Shown: piece after piece, positions 1 through 9,115 of the stretch
How positions within the stretch are numbered: the stretch's first letter is position 1
Layout of the letters: every line of letters starts with the position of its first letter
Assembly: GCA_963706955.1 (NCBI GenBank)
Contig: CAVPOC010000006.1
Span: 288,001 to 352,000 of the forward strand
Reading direction: 5' to 3'
DNA length: 64,000 nt
Source of the DNA: an uncultured Verrucomicrobiae bacterium
GTDB taxonomy: Bacteria > Verrucomicrobiota > Verrucomicrobiia > Chthoniobacterales > Terrimicrobiaceae
Made by a program: the position numbers and the translations under genes
The notes under the pieces: model-generated
Told to the model about the DNA's origin: nothing
What the model saw: the letters and a program-made list of their open reading frames with translations, nothing else
The model's database searches: none

Positions 1-2
1 CC

Positions 3-71
3 GGCGATCAGGGATGTAAGGGCAGGAACACCTGCAAGGGCAAGGGCGGCTGCGCCACTAACAAGAAGTAG
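3..71 (+). CDS. 3' end of a small Cys-rich protein (...GDQGCKGRNTCKGKGGCATNKK*), truncated by the window edge; resembles CKGxNxCKGxGGC repeat peptides found next to DUF692/MNIO genes
   Basis: Manual translation of frame +3, stop TAG at 69-71; absent from the ORF track; converges on the next gene. Confidence 0.65.
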   Translation, partial: GDQGCKGRNTCKGKGGCATNKK

Positions 72-98
72 CCGCTCACATCCGTGCGGGATGGAGCA

Positions 99-1067
99 TT
101 ATGTGGAGGCCGAGCTAACCGAGGTCGTTGTTCCGGTGGCATTACGCACTCCGCGGAACTTGAACTTGCGAGTAAAGAGCTGGTCCACCGCAAACGAGCC
201 TGAGTCGTCGACTGGGACAGTGCCGGTTATCGTGACCTCTCCTCTCCCGTGGAAAGCTGCATAGGGAGAGTTTTGGTCCATGGAACCATTGAAGAATCCA
301 CTGAGAAACTCGTTGCTTGCCAAGACGAAGGGCGAGGGAGTCGGGACAGGATTAGGAGTTACGGTCGGGGACACCGTTGGTGTCGGGCTCGCCGTCGGCG
401 AAACCGTCGGTGAGGGAGTTGGACTGATGATCGGAGTTGGACTGATGATCGGAGTTGGACTCGAGATCGGAGTTGGACTGATGATCGGAGTTGGACTGAT
501 GATCGGAGTTGGACTGATGATCGGAGTTGGACTGATGATCGGAGTCGGACTGATGATCGGAGTTGGACTGATGGTCGGAGTCGGACTGATGATCGGAGTC
601 GGACTGATAATCGGAGTCGGACTGACAGGCGGAGTTGGCGAAATTGTCGGTGAAGGGCTCGCGGTGGGAGAAACGGTTGGAGTCGGAGTGGATGTGGATG
701 ATTCAGTGCCCAGGACGTTAAATGCGCCGTTGTCGAGCACGCCGGCCACGCTGCCGACGTTCACATTTGCCTGCACCAAGCCGCGATAGACCTTCCCTTC
801 GACGAAGAACACGTAGTCGTTATAGGGGTCTGTCAAGAGATTCGGAACCGTGTTGCCGGTCGGGAGCTGTGGACTGCTCGTCTGGACACCATTGGCGTAG
901 GTGAAGCGGAATACACCGGTAAGGTTCCTTCCGCGGGCCGTGGCTTGATAGAAACCATCCACTCCTGACACCAACGGAGAACCGTTGGTGAAGGGCGGCG
1001 GGCCGGCGCTGGCGTAAACGTGGACAATGCCGGTGAGGAACACCAAGAAGCTGGCAGCAATCTTCAT
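99..1067 (-). CDS. Secreted hypothetical protein with an internal Ser/Pro/Thr-rich repeat (SPTPII)n
   Basis: Signal-peptide-like N-terminus MKIAASFLVFLTGIVHVYASA (ATG 1067; ORF extends to 1094); globular N- and C-terminal parts flank ~125 aa of S/P/T repeats. Confidence 0.8.
   Translation of the reverse strand: MKIAASFLVFLTGIVHVYASAGPPPFTNGSPLVSGVDGFYQATARGRNLTGVFRFTYANGVQTSSPQLPTGNTVPNLLTDPYNDYVFFVEGKVYRGLVQANVNVGSVAGVLDNGAFNVLGTESSTSTPTPTVSPTASPSPTISPTPPVSPTPIISPTPIISPTPTISPTPIISPTPIISPTPIISPTPIISPTPIISPTPISSPTPIISPTPIISPTPSPTVSPTASPTPTVSPTVTPNPVPTPSPFVLASNEFLSGFFNGSMDQNSPYAAFHGRGEVTITGTVPVDDSGSFAVDQLFTRKFKFRGVRNATGTTTSVSSAST
415..630. repeat. Tandem 18-bp coding repeat, consensus GGAGTTGGACTGATGATC, ~12 copies, with degenerate copies on both flanks
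   Basis: Directly visible; encodes PIISPT on the - strand; no spacers. Confidence 0.95.
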
Positions 1068-1274
1068 GGAAGGCGTCTTTTTAACCGTCCCCATGATTGC
1101 ATCGCAAGAACTTAATGCGAAGCTCGCGTTTCTGGGAAGTAGGCAGCCCAGTTGTCAATCTAGCCGACTGGTCAAGCCGCCCGTCGGCTGGTCCGCGATG
1201 TAGATGAACAAGGTCAACTCCGAGATATCCGCGAGAGTTGATTGCTCCGGAGCATCGTGCGGGGTCGATACCCA

Positions 1275-1967
1275 CTACCCACTGCTCGCTGACGATCGAG
1301 GCTGCGGTTGATCCGACGAAGCCCGCTTTATCTTGCGGGCGGCCACATCGCAATACAGGTGGTCGGGCAGCGTCAAGTAAGCGAATCCCCAATCGTGTTC
1401 GATGCAAAACTCGTTCACTGCGGGCACGACTCCGTAGGGTTGCATCTCGACGTATGACCACATGGTATAATCGTTGAAGACGAGGAATCCGTCCGGTTTC
1501 ACTTTAGTAAACGCGGCTGCGATATCGCGCTTGACACCCTCATAGGTGTGTTGAGCGTCGACATAGATCCAATCAAAAAACGCGTCAGGAAAGGATTTCA
1601 ACGCCTCTGCAGAATCGGACTCGTGGACCTGCACGCGTCCTTTGAGCGATGGATCTTCACCCATTTCGCGCGCGCGTGGTTCGATGAATTTATCGACGAG
1701 ATGCAATTCCTTTGGATTGGCAACGCGGAGAATTTCCCGGGCGAAATCGCCGTGAAGCGTGCCGATCTCCGCAACGGTTCCGCCATGTGGCAGATGTTCC
1801 AAGAGAACGATTCGGGTCGGCAGCACGATGCAATCTCGAAGGTGATCATTCCGAAGCTGGGGAGCTGGTCGTATCAGACCTCGCCCCCAAGCGGGCTCGT
1901 CGGGAACTTCTTCCAATTGGACGTGCTCGCGAAGTTCCCACGGCACCCAGGAACCGAAAGGTCGCAT
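1275..1967 (-). CDS. Class I SAM-dependent methyltransferase (Methyltransf_24-like)
   Basis: AEIGTLHGDFA, FDWIYVDAQHTYEGV and VKPDGFLVFNDY motifs. Confidence 0.85.
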   Translation of the reverse strand: MRPFGSWVPWELREHVQLEEVPDEPAWGRGLIRPAPQLRNDHLRDCIVLPTRIVLLEHLPHGGTVAEIGTLHGDFAREILRVANPKELHLVDKFIEPRAREMGEDPSLKGRVQVHESDSAEALKSFPDAFFDWIYVDAQHTYEGVKRDIAAAFTKVKPDGFLVFNDYTMWSYVEMQPYGVVPAVNEFCIEHDWGFAYLTLPDHLYCDVAARKIKRASSDQPQPRSSASSG

Positions 1968-2163
1968 GACCCGAAACCACTCGGCACGAAGTCGGGTGAA
2001 TTAAAGCTCACGATCCTGCGACGGCTCGCTCATAAAAGTCTTATCGTAACGGGCTGCGCCGATGCGCTCATGATTGGTTCGAGCGACTGGTATGAGCCTG
2101 TGAGCATTAGAACCATCCTGCTTTTGAGGGGATCCCAGCAAGAACTTCCTCGAATCCCTAAAT

Positions 2164-2198
2164 AAAAAAGCCCTCCTTGATCATTTTCCTGGAGGGCT
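2164..2198 (-). terminator. Rho-independent terminator downstream of the fdhD-ydeP genes
   Basis: AGCCCTCC (2169-2176) and GGAGGGCT (2191-2198) form an inverted repeat, followed on the - strand by T6. Confidence 0.65.
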
Positions 2199-2288
2199 CG
2201 TTAGGTTCGAGTCTTCGTTAGTGTCGCGATTAGCTCCTCCCCAGAACTCATCTGGGTTTGGATGATTTCGCACGAGCGACGCTTGCGC

Positions 2289-4685
2289 TTAGTGCGAACC
2301 GCTGGAGGGTGCCGTCTCCTCGAGCAAGCGTCTCATCGCTCGGGTCTCATCCTGGGAGGGGGTCATCGAGATAATCACGGACTTGGAAGCCGGGGTATTG
2401 CTGATCTCGCAAACACTCCCCAGGTGAACCAGCGGGTTGGCTTCCGGAAAGTAGGTGGCCGTGCACCCGCGTGGTATCTCATAGGGAGCGATCTGGAAAT
2501 GCGGGGCGGTCCGCGTTTCGCCCTGGAAGTAGCTGGTGAGATCGACGAATTGACCCTGTTGGAGACCTGCCTCGCGCATGTCATCCGGGTTCATGAAAAT
2601 GACACGCCGACCATTGTAAACACCGCGATAGCGGTCATCGAGACCGTAGATAGTCGTATTGAATTGGTCGTGGCTTCGTATCGTCATCATCCAATATTGG
2701 CCTGGCTCCAACCGTTGGAGCTCGATTCGATGAACGGTGAATTTGGCTTTCCGCTCTTCGTTCGTGAACTCGCGTCTGTCCCGGGCCGGATGTGGTAAAT
2801 GAAAGAACCCTTCGCGAATGCGTTGGTTGAAGTTTTCGAAACCGGGCACGACGCGAGCGATCGACTCGCGAATGTTGCCGTAGTCTCCGATCATTGTGTC
2901 CCAGTCGACCGTCGTCCGGGCGCCGAGCGTTGCTTTCGCGAGGCGGGCGATGATGGTGGGTTCACTTGGCAGCAACTCCGAGGCCGGTTTGGCGTGACCT
3001 TGCGAACGGTTGATGGTGCTCATGCTGTCTTCAATGGTCACGAACTGAGGACCGCCGGCTTGAAGATCAAGCTCAGATCGACCCAGGCAAGGGAGGATGA
3101 GTGCCGTCCGCCCGGTAATCAAATGCGAGCGATTAAGTTTCGTCGAAATGTGCGTGGTCAGCGCGCATGACTGAAGCGCACGCGCGGTAACTTCGGTATC
3201 CGGAGACGCTGAAAGAAAGTTTCCTCCCAAACCCACAAACACTCGAATCCTGCCCTCGGACATAGCGCGGATGGTGTCAACAGTGTCGAGACCAAGCTCG
3301 CGCGGAGGCTCAAAACGAAATTCGCGGCCGAGGGCATCCAGGAAGCGTTGCCCGACGTTTTCGCAAATACCCATGGTCCGGTCACCTTGCACATTGCTAT
3401 GCCCACGGACGGGGCATGCACCCGCGCCAGGACGACCGATGTTTCCCCGCAGAAAGAGAAAGTTCATCACCTCCTCGATGGTTGCCACCGAATTGCGATG
3501 CTGGGTAAGGCCCATCGCCCAGCAACAAATGATTCGATAACTTTGCATGGCAACTTCAGCGGCTGCTCGAATTTGCTGGCGTGTCAATCCGCTGCACTCC
3601 TCAATTTCTGCCCACTTGGTCCGTCGCAGTTCTTCGAGGAATGGCTCAACGCCGACACAATATCGCTCAATGAATAAGCGATCGAAGACAGTTCCTGGAT
3701 TTCGTTCCTCGCGGGCGAGCATTTCAAGCATGATGCCCTTCATCACGGCGATGTCTCCGTTCACACGAACCGGTAGCCACAGATCGGAAATAGTCGTCGA
3801 TTTTCCCAGGAGAGCGGGAATGGCTTTCCATGGATTCGCGAAGTCTTGCGGATTCGTGAATCGCATCAAGCCGACCTCCGGGAGCACGTTAATGCTGACG
3901 ATCTTGCATCCCCGCTGCTTCGCGCGTTGAAGGCTGCTAAGCATGCGTGGGTGGTTCGTTCCCGGATTTTGTCCAATCACGAAAATAGCGTCCGCCTTCG
4001 CAAAGTCTTCGAGACTGACGGACCCTTTGCCCATTCCGGTGACGTGACGCAGCGCGCACCCACTGGCCTGGTGGCACATATTCGAACAATCGGGCAGATT
4101 GTTCGTGCCAAACTGTCGGACGAAGAGCTGATAGAGAAAGGCGGCCTCATTGCTCGTTTTGCCGGAGGTGTAAAAGGCAGCCTCGTCAGGAGAGCGCAGC
4201 TGGTTAAGCGCCGCGGCAACGTGTTGACAGGCGGCATCCCAACCGATGGGCTGATAGTGCGATGCTCCTTCGTGAAGAATCATTGGGGAAGTCAGTCGAC
4301 CCTGCTGCCCCAGCCAATACTCAGACTTAGTTTGCAGCTCTGCGACCGAATACCGCGAAAAGAACTCCGGGGTGACTCGCTTTTTCGTTCCCTCGTAGGC
4401 GACAGCCTTGGCCCCATTTTCGCAAAATTCGGCGAAGCTTCGTTCACGATCGGGGCTTGGCCACGCGCAGCTTTGACAATTGAAGCCCTCCTTCTGGTTG
4501 ATCTTCCGCAAGGCTTGAATCGCAGCACCAGGTCCCATCTGACCGAAAGTATGCTGCAACGCCTTGAAGACCCCGATGAGGCCCGCGGATCCTTTGCTCG
4601 GCGGTCGAACCAGGGCTTTCTGCGCTTCAATCGGTGGCTGTGCACCGCTCGGTGAGCTTGCCGTCGTGGAGATTGTCACGCTCAT
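2289..4685 (-). CDS. FdhF/YdeP family molybdopterin oxidoreductase
   Basis: GFNCQSCAWP, EFCENGAKA, FYTSGKTSNEAA, NNLPDCSNMCH, PVRGHSNVQGDRTMG and RSHDQFNTTIYG motifs. Confidence 0.95.
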   Translation of the reverse strand: MSVTISTTASSPSGAQPPIEAQKALVRPPSKGSAGLIGVFKALQHTFGQMGPGAAIQALRKINQKEGFNCQSCAWPSPDRERSFAEFCENGAKAVAYEGTKKRVTPEFFSRYSVAELQTKSEYWLGQQGRLTSPMILHEGASHYQPIGWDAACQHVAAALNQLRSPDEAAFYTSGKTSNEAAFLYQLFVRQFGTNNLPDCSNMCHQASGCALRHVTGMGKGSVSLEDFAKADAIFVIGQNPGTNHPRMLSSLQRAKQRGCKIVSINVLPEVGLMRFTNPQDFANPWKAIPALLGKSTTISDLWLPVRVNGDIAVMKGIMLEMLAREERNPGTVFDRLFIERYCVGVEPFLEELRRTKWAEIEECSGLTRQQIRAAAEVAMQSYRIICCWAMGLTQHRNSVATIEEVMNFLFLRGNIGRPGAGACPVRGHSNVQGDRTMGICENVGQRFLDALGREFRFEPPRELGLDTVDTIRAMSEGRIRVFVGLGGNFLSASPDTEVTARALQSCALTTHISTKLNRSHLITGRTALILPCLGRSELDLQAGGPQFVTIEDSMSTINRSQGHAKPASELLPSEPTIIARLAKATLGARTTVDWDTMIGDYGNIRESIARVVPGFENFNQRIREGFFHLPHPARDRREFTNEERKAKFTVHRIELQRLEPGQYWMMTIRSHDQFNTTIYGLDDRYRGVYNGRRVIFMNPDDMREAGLQQGQFVDLTSYFQGETRTAPHFQIAPYEIPRGCTATYFPEANPLVHLGSVCEISNTPASKSVIISMTPSQDETRAMRRLLEETAPSSGSH

Positions 4686-5554
4686 GCCACGCCCGTAGCT
4701 TCGGAATTCTCGAATGTCCGATCGACTCGATACCTCGCCGAGTAAATATTAAATCGCCGGTCACGGACAAAGCCCAGCAGTGTCAGACCGCACGCTTCGG
4801 CCAGCTCGATGGCCAGACTTGATGGAGCTCCAACTGCGGCAAAGATCGGTATTCCGGCTCGCGCAGCCTTTTGGACGAGCTCAAAGCTCGCGCGTCCGCT
4901 CACGAAGAGAATTCTGTTCTCGAGCGGGACACGGCCATTGAGCCACTCGGCGCCAAGCAGCTTGTCGACCGCGTTATGCCGCCCGACATCCTCTCGTACC
5001 ATCAGGAGATTACCCTCTATATCGAAGAGTGCGGCGGCATGCAGCCCACCGGTGTCGGCAAAGACTTGCTGCGCACTTTTCAGCCGAGTCGGCAACAGAT
5101 GGACAATTGAGCCTGAGATACGCAAAGAGCTGTTTGCGCAGGGACCAGTAAGCATCAGTTTCTGCACGGCTTCCAGTGACGCCTTTCCGCAGATTCCACA
5201 GCTCGACGTCGTGTAGAAGTGCCGCTCGAGCTGCTTGAGATCGACTCGCACACCCGCTGCGAGATGGATGCGGACCGAATTCGCAGAGTTGCCTTCGCTG
5301 CGTTCGATTCTGGCTATTTCCGATCGGCGATTCAAAAGTCCTTCTCCAAAGAGAAATCCGACTGCCAGCTCCTCGTCATTACCCGGGGTTCGCATCGTCA
5401 CAGAGATCGAGCGGATCGTTCCAATACCCTTTCGCTCAAATCCAATTTGGATTTCCAAGGGCTCCTCGACGGCGACCTTGTCCCGACCTGTCGCGGCAAT
5501 GTCGTCCGCTACGCGGCAGACCTCAATGCAAGAGGTGTTGGGGGCACTTGGCAT
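4682..5554 (-). CDS. fdhD: Formate dehydrogenase accessory sulfurtransferase FdhD
   Basis: VAVEEPLEI, TMRTPGNDEELAVGFL, TSSCGICGK, TGGLHAAALF and REDVGRHNAVDK; start placed at ATG 5554; overlaps the ydeP start by 4 nt. Confidence 0.93.
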   Translation of the reverse strand: MPSAPNTSCIEVCRVADDIAATGRDKVAVEEPLEIQIGFERKGIGTIRSISVTMRTPGNDEELAVGFLFGEGLLNRRSEIARIERSEGNSANSVRIHLAAGVRVDLKQLERHFYTTSSCGICGKASLEAVQKLMLTGPCANSSLRISGSIVHLLPTRLKSAQQVFADTGGLHAAALFDIEGNLLMVREDVGRHNAVDKLLGAEWLNGRVPLENRILFVSGRASFELVQKAARAGIPIFAAVGAPSSLAIELAEACGLTLLGFVRDRRFNIYSARYRVDRTFENSEATGVA

Positions 5555-5765
5555 CTGCGATCTCCTCTGGTGAATACATACCACATCATCGAGATCGACA
5601 AGTGGCCTTTCACGCAGAAGCCTATCCGCAAAGTGGGCGACGATTGGTCTCTTGCCAGCGGTAGGCCTGAATGGAGAGTGAAGATACTTGAATAGTCCGC
5701 CCGGCGTGAAGACCATTGCAAAAGATGGGAACATCCGCGGAATTTCCGAACGGTAGCGGTTTAAA

Positions 5766-6959
5766 ATGACGCATAACGCGCAGACCGGCGCGGAAGAGGG
5801 GAGACGATCCCCCTCTTCACTCTTGTATGCCATCAATACAAAAATTGGCGCACATGGTTTGGGGGTTCCCGCGCTCGAAACTCTCAAGCTCTCGTTCTCT
5901 CACGGGTTTTTAGGTAAAGCAGTCTGTTGGGGCAACCTGAGCGAAGCGATTCCGAATGAGTTGATCCGCTCCCTGCACTCGCACCCGACGCGGCTGCTTT
6001 CCTGGACGGACCGTAAATACTACACTCCCCTCAAACGTCGGACGATTGCTCACATCGCAACGCAGGAGCTCGCGACGGGGCGTTATGATTGCTATCACGG
6101 CTGGTCGGGGGAAAGCCTCGGAGCCCTTCGTGAGGCTAAAAAGCGCGGCTTGCCCACATTGCTTGACATACCGACGTGTCACCGTGACAAGGGCAAGAAG
6201 AAGCCCCGCGTCACCAAGCGAGAGCGAGACCTCCGGACTGCGCCGATCCCTCAACGTTGGTTGAACCGCATCCTGATCATGCGGAGCGAGGTCCTCGACG
6301 AATACGATCTCGCCGACCTGATTCTCGTCTTCTCGCAGGCCGCCAAGGAGACGTTCTTAAATGTCGGTTTCGACGAAAGCAGGCTGTTTTACGTCGCGCA
6401 AGGCGTCAACGTGGACGAATACCCGCTGGGAAGTCCTCCTGATCATTTTCGACTTATTTTCGTTGGATCTCTCATCAAACGAAAAGGCGTCCATCACCTG
6501 CTCAAAGTTTGGAAGGCTCTAAACCTCAAGAACGCCGAGCTCGTGATCGTTGGCGCTCTGACCTCGGAATTGGAGCCCTACGTGAAGGAATTTAACAGCC
6601 CAACTGTCAAACTCACGGGCTTTGTGGAGAACGTCGCCGCTGAGCTCGGCAAATCGACAGCGTTTGTCTTCCCCTCGGAATCGGAGGGAAGTGCCAAGGT
6701 TAATTACGAAGCAGCCGCCTGCGGACTTGCGCAGATTACCACGCGCGAGTCAGGCGATGTCGTCCTGGACGGCTACAATGGAAGGATCATTCCCCCGAAC
6801 GACCCTGACGCTCTCGCCGAGGCAATCCTGGACTTTTATAATAATCCGGAAAGGCTTCGGCTGATGGGAGTAAACGGTCGCCAGCGAGTCAGGGAAAACT
6901 TTACCTGGGAACACTATCGACACAGGCTCGCGGAAGCTTACCGGCTCGTCATGCGCTAG
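5766..6959 (+). CDS. Glycosyltransferase family 4
   Basis: FVGSLIKRKG and FPSESEGSAKVNYEAAACG (EX7E) motifs. Confidence 0.9.
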   Translation: MTHNAQTGAEEGRRSPSSLLYAINTKIGAHGLGVPALETLKLSFSHGFLGKAVCWGNLSEAIPNELIRSLHSHPTRLLSWTDRKYYTPLKRRTIAHIATQELATGRYDCYHGWSGESLGALREAKKRGLPTLLDIPTCHRDKGKKKPRVTKRERDLRTAPIPQRWLNRILIMRSEVLDEYDLADLILVFSQAAKETFLNVGFDESRLFYVAQGVNVDEYPLGSPPDHFRLIFVGSLIKRKGVHHLLKVWKALNLKNAELVIVGALTSELEPYVKEFNSPTVKLTGFVENVAAELGKSTAFVFPSESEGSAKVNYEAAACGLAQITTRESGDVVLDGYNGRIIPPNDPDALAEAILDFYNNPERLRLMGVNGRQRVRENFTWEHYRHRLAEAYRLVMR

Positions 6960-6968
6960 GTGGTTCCC

Positions 6969-7847
6969 CTAGTAACAACGAGACACCTGTCCCGAAGCGG
7001 TAATCTGCTTTAGCAACGCGCCGTACTCCTCGGTTTCGTTTCGCAGCAGCTCGCCCAAAAGCTTGCCAATTGCCGGCGGAATTGCCGCTGGGGGAGCCGG
7101 ATTGATTCGATGTCGCAAAAAGCGACCAAAATAGTGTTTCCCGGAAGTGACGCCGAGAAAGCCATGAAGAGCGGCCAGGAGACGTTCAGGTTCGGAAGCA
7201 ATGCTGTCGAACACCCCGACGAAAAGATGGCCCGGCTGCAACTGGCTGCGCCAGTTTTCGATCAAGTTGCGATACAACGCCAGTCCGCGCTGGTCATCTT
7301 TAAAGAGCAGCCGCGCGAGGGCGTCGGAATCGAGAACATCAGCCGGCTGTTCTGCTGTCAGCAAGTCCTTTCGGGCGTGCGACCACGCTCGGTCGATGGG
7401 ATCTCGGATCATCAGAATGGCTTTGATCTCGGGATTGAGCGTGGCGATCTCCCGAATGATCTCCTTTGACAAAGCCGCGTAGGAAGCGGTGGCTTCACCG
7501 CGGAGGCGTGGATGATAGAGGCGCCCCACCTTGCGAAGGCTGTCGTAGTTCTTTTTCAACGTACTCCTGGGTGTGTCCGCCATCGCCTCAAGGTAATCCT
7601 CGAGGTATGGAAAACGAAAACGCCGATGATCGGGCATCCCCAATGTGCTGAAGTAGTAAAGCTCCTTTTCTTTGGGCAAGAAGATTTCCGGATGGCTCTT
7701 TAGGTTGTGAAACAGCCACGTTGTCCCCGTCCGTTGTGGTCCGACAATCAGGAAGTCGGGAAAGTTGCGCAGAGGGGCGTCAGAGTGGGCGACGCGCACG
7801 GAACTAAGCTTTGCCCGAAGATTGTCCGTTAAGACGCGCGGCTTCAC
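6969..7847 (-). CDS. PAPS-dependent sulfotransferase
   Basis: PDFLIVGPQRTGTTWL (5'-PSB loop), KELYYF, and RDPIDRAWS (3'-PB) motifs. Confidence 0.9.
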   Translation of the reverse strand: MKPRVLTDNLRAKLSSVRVAHSDAPLRNFPDFLIVGPQRTGTTWLFHNLKSHPEIFLPKEKELYYFSTLGMPDHRRFRFPYLEDYLEAMADTPRSTLKKNYDSLRKVGRLYHPRLRGEATASYAALSKEIIREIATLNPEIKAILMIRDPIDRAWSHARKDLLTAEQPADVLDSDALARLLFKDDQRGLALYRNLIENWRSQLQPGHLFVGVFDSIASEPERLLAALHGFLGVTSGKHYFGRFLRHRINPAPPAAIPPAIGKLLGELLRNETEEYGALLKQITASGQVSRCY

Positions 7848-9115
7848 TGGCGTCTGCAGCCGGCTGCGACACCAGCCTGTTCTTGGGTTGTCACCAGTTG
7901 GCCATAGATCTCCAAGTATCGGTCCAACACCCTCGGCCAGTCGAAGCGGGCTGCTCGCTGAGATGACCGCACCGAAAGTTCTCTTCTTGTTTGCGCATCC
8001 TCTATGACCGTAGCCATCGCTTGCGCGAGCCTCGCGGGATCACGCGGCGGAACGATCAGACCAGAATTTTCCTCTCGGACAAAGTCCGCGCATCCGGGCG
8101 AATCGGTCACGATCACGGGAAGTGCGGCCGCCATCGCCTCCAAGAGGGCTGAGCTGAAGCCTTCCAGCAGGGAGCTCATAACGAAAGCATCGGCTGCACG
8201 ATAAAGATCGATCATTGCAGTCGTTGGCAGCTCGAACGTGAAAGCATTCAGCGCCGGCGATTGCGCCACCCCAATCTCAGCCAAGCGAACTATATCCTGC
8301 AGTCCGCGACGATTCACTTCCGGCTCAAGCTTGTGGACATCACGCCCTGCGACCACAAGCTGGAACGGTAGGTTTTCAACTCGGCGCAATTGGAGAATTG
8401 CTTCGAGCATTGTCGGGTAGTCTTTCTGTGGATGGTTCCGACCGACGGCGAGAAAAACAAAGCCGTTCCGAGCCAAGCCGTAGCGCGCTCGCGTTTCTTC
8501 ACGATTCGTCGACTCCTGAAAACGGGCAAGATTGACAGCATTGGGGATGATCGTCAGCCTCTCGGCAGGCACTCCGATTCTTAGATACTCGAGCCGCATC
8601 GTTTCTGAGAGCGCGATCATCATGCGAACTTGAGGGATCGTGCCTCGGATCAGCTTTTCCACTTTGGAATCTCTTCGCAAACCCACGTCGTCGCCCGAGA
8701 CGAGGACATCATCTCCCACGCTTCGGACAAGGTAGGGAGTGGACTTGCCTTTCGAGGCTGCGTGCTCTTGCCAATTTATTAGACAAACTCCGGTTGGATA
8801 AGTAACAACGCCGTGCCAGAGGTCGAATCGATGCCGCCTCTGGAGCCGAGCCAGTGCCAGCCGGTTAATGAATAGCGCGAGGCCTGGGGAGCGCTTGAAA
8901 TAACTCCAGGTATTCGCAGGATAGGGAATCAGATCGTAGTTGAGTTTGGCGGAAAACCCAGCCAGGTCACTGAGGTAGCGCCTAGGCAAAACAACGGCAA
9001 CATGGTGTCCGGCTTCGACCAGCCCCGATGCCAGATTGTGGTGGAAGATTTCGGCTCCGGAGCACTTCGGAAGGAACGAGGGCGTAAAGATGGCGATCCG
9101 AAAATGTTTAACCAT
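7844..9115 (-). CDS. Glycosyltransferase family 4
   Basis: VGRNHPQKDY and SSLLEGFSSALLEAMAA motifs. Confidence 0.9.
   Translation of the reverse strand: MVKHFRIAIFTPSFLPKCSGAEIFHHNLASGLVEAGHHVAVVLPRRYLSDLAGFSAKLNYDLIPYPANTWSYFKRSPGLALFINRLALARLQRRHRFDLWHGVVTYPTGVCLINWQEHAASKGKSTPYLVRSVGDDVLVSGDDVGLRRDSKVEKLIRGTIPQVRMMIALSETMRLEYLRIGVPAERLTIIPNAVNLARFQESTNREETRARYGLARNGFVFLAVGRNHPQKDYPTMLEAILQLRRVENLPFQLVVAGRDVHKLEPEVNRRGLQDIVRLAEIGVAQSPALNAFTFELPTTAMIDLYRAADAFVMSSLLEGFSSALLEAMAAALPVIVTDSPGCADFVREENSGLIVPPRDPARLAQAMATVIEDAQTRRELSVRSSQRAARFDWPRVLDRYLEIYGQLVTTQEQAGVAAGCRRQ

Noticed and set aside
415..630. 18-bp repeat array as a CRISPR array
   Set aside because: The units are contiguous with no unique spacers, are in frame within a CDS, and no cas genes are present.
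280..789. + strand ORF with (LMIGVG)n repeats
   Set aside because: It is the antisense shadow of the SPTPII repeat; the - strand ORF has a signal peptide and globular flanks.
5555..5887. Long N-terminal extensions in the ORF track (fdhD here; likewise GT4 to 10389, namZ to 13577, OmpA from 33798, ribE to 38547, dhaK from 54264)
   Set aside because: The extensions overlap neighbouring genes or lack family motifs, so internal starts fit better.
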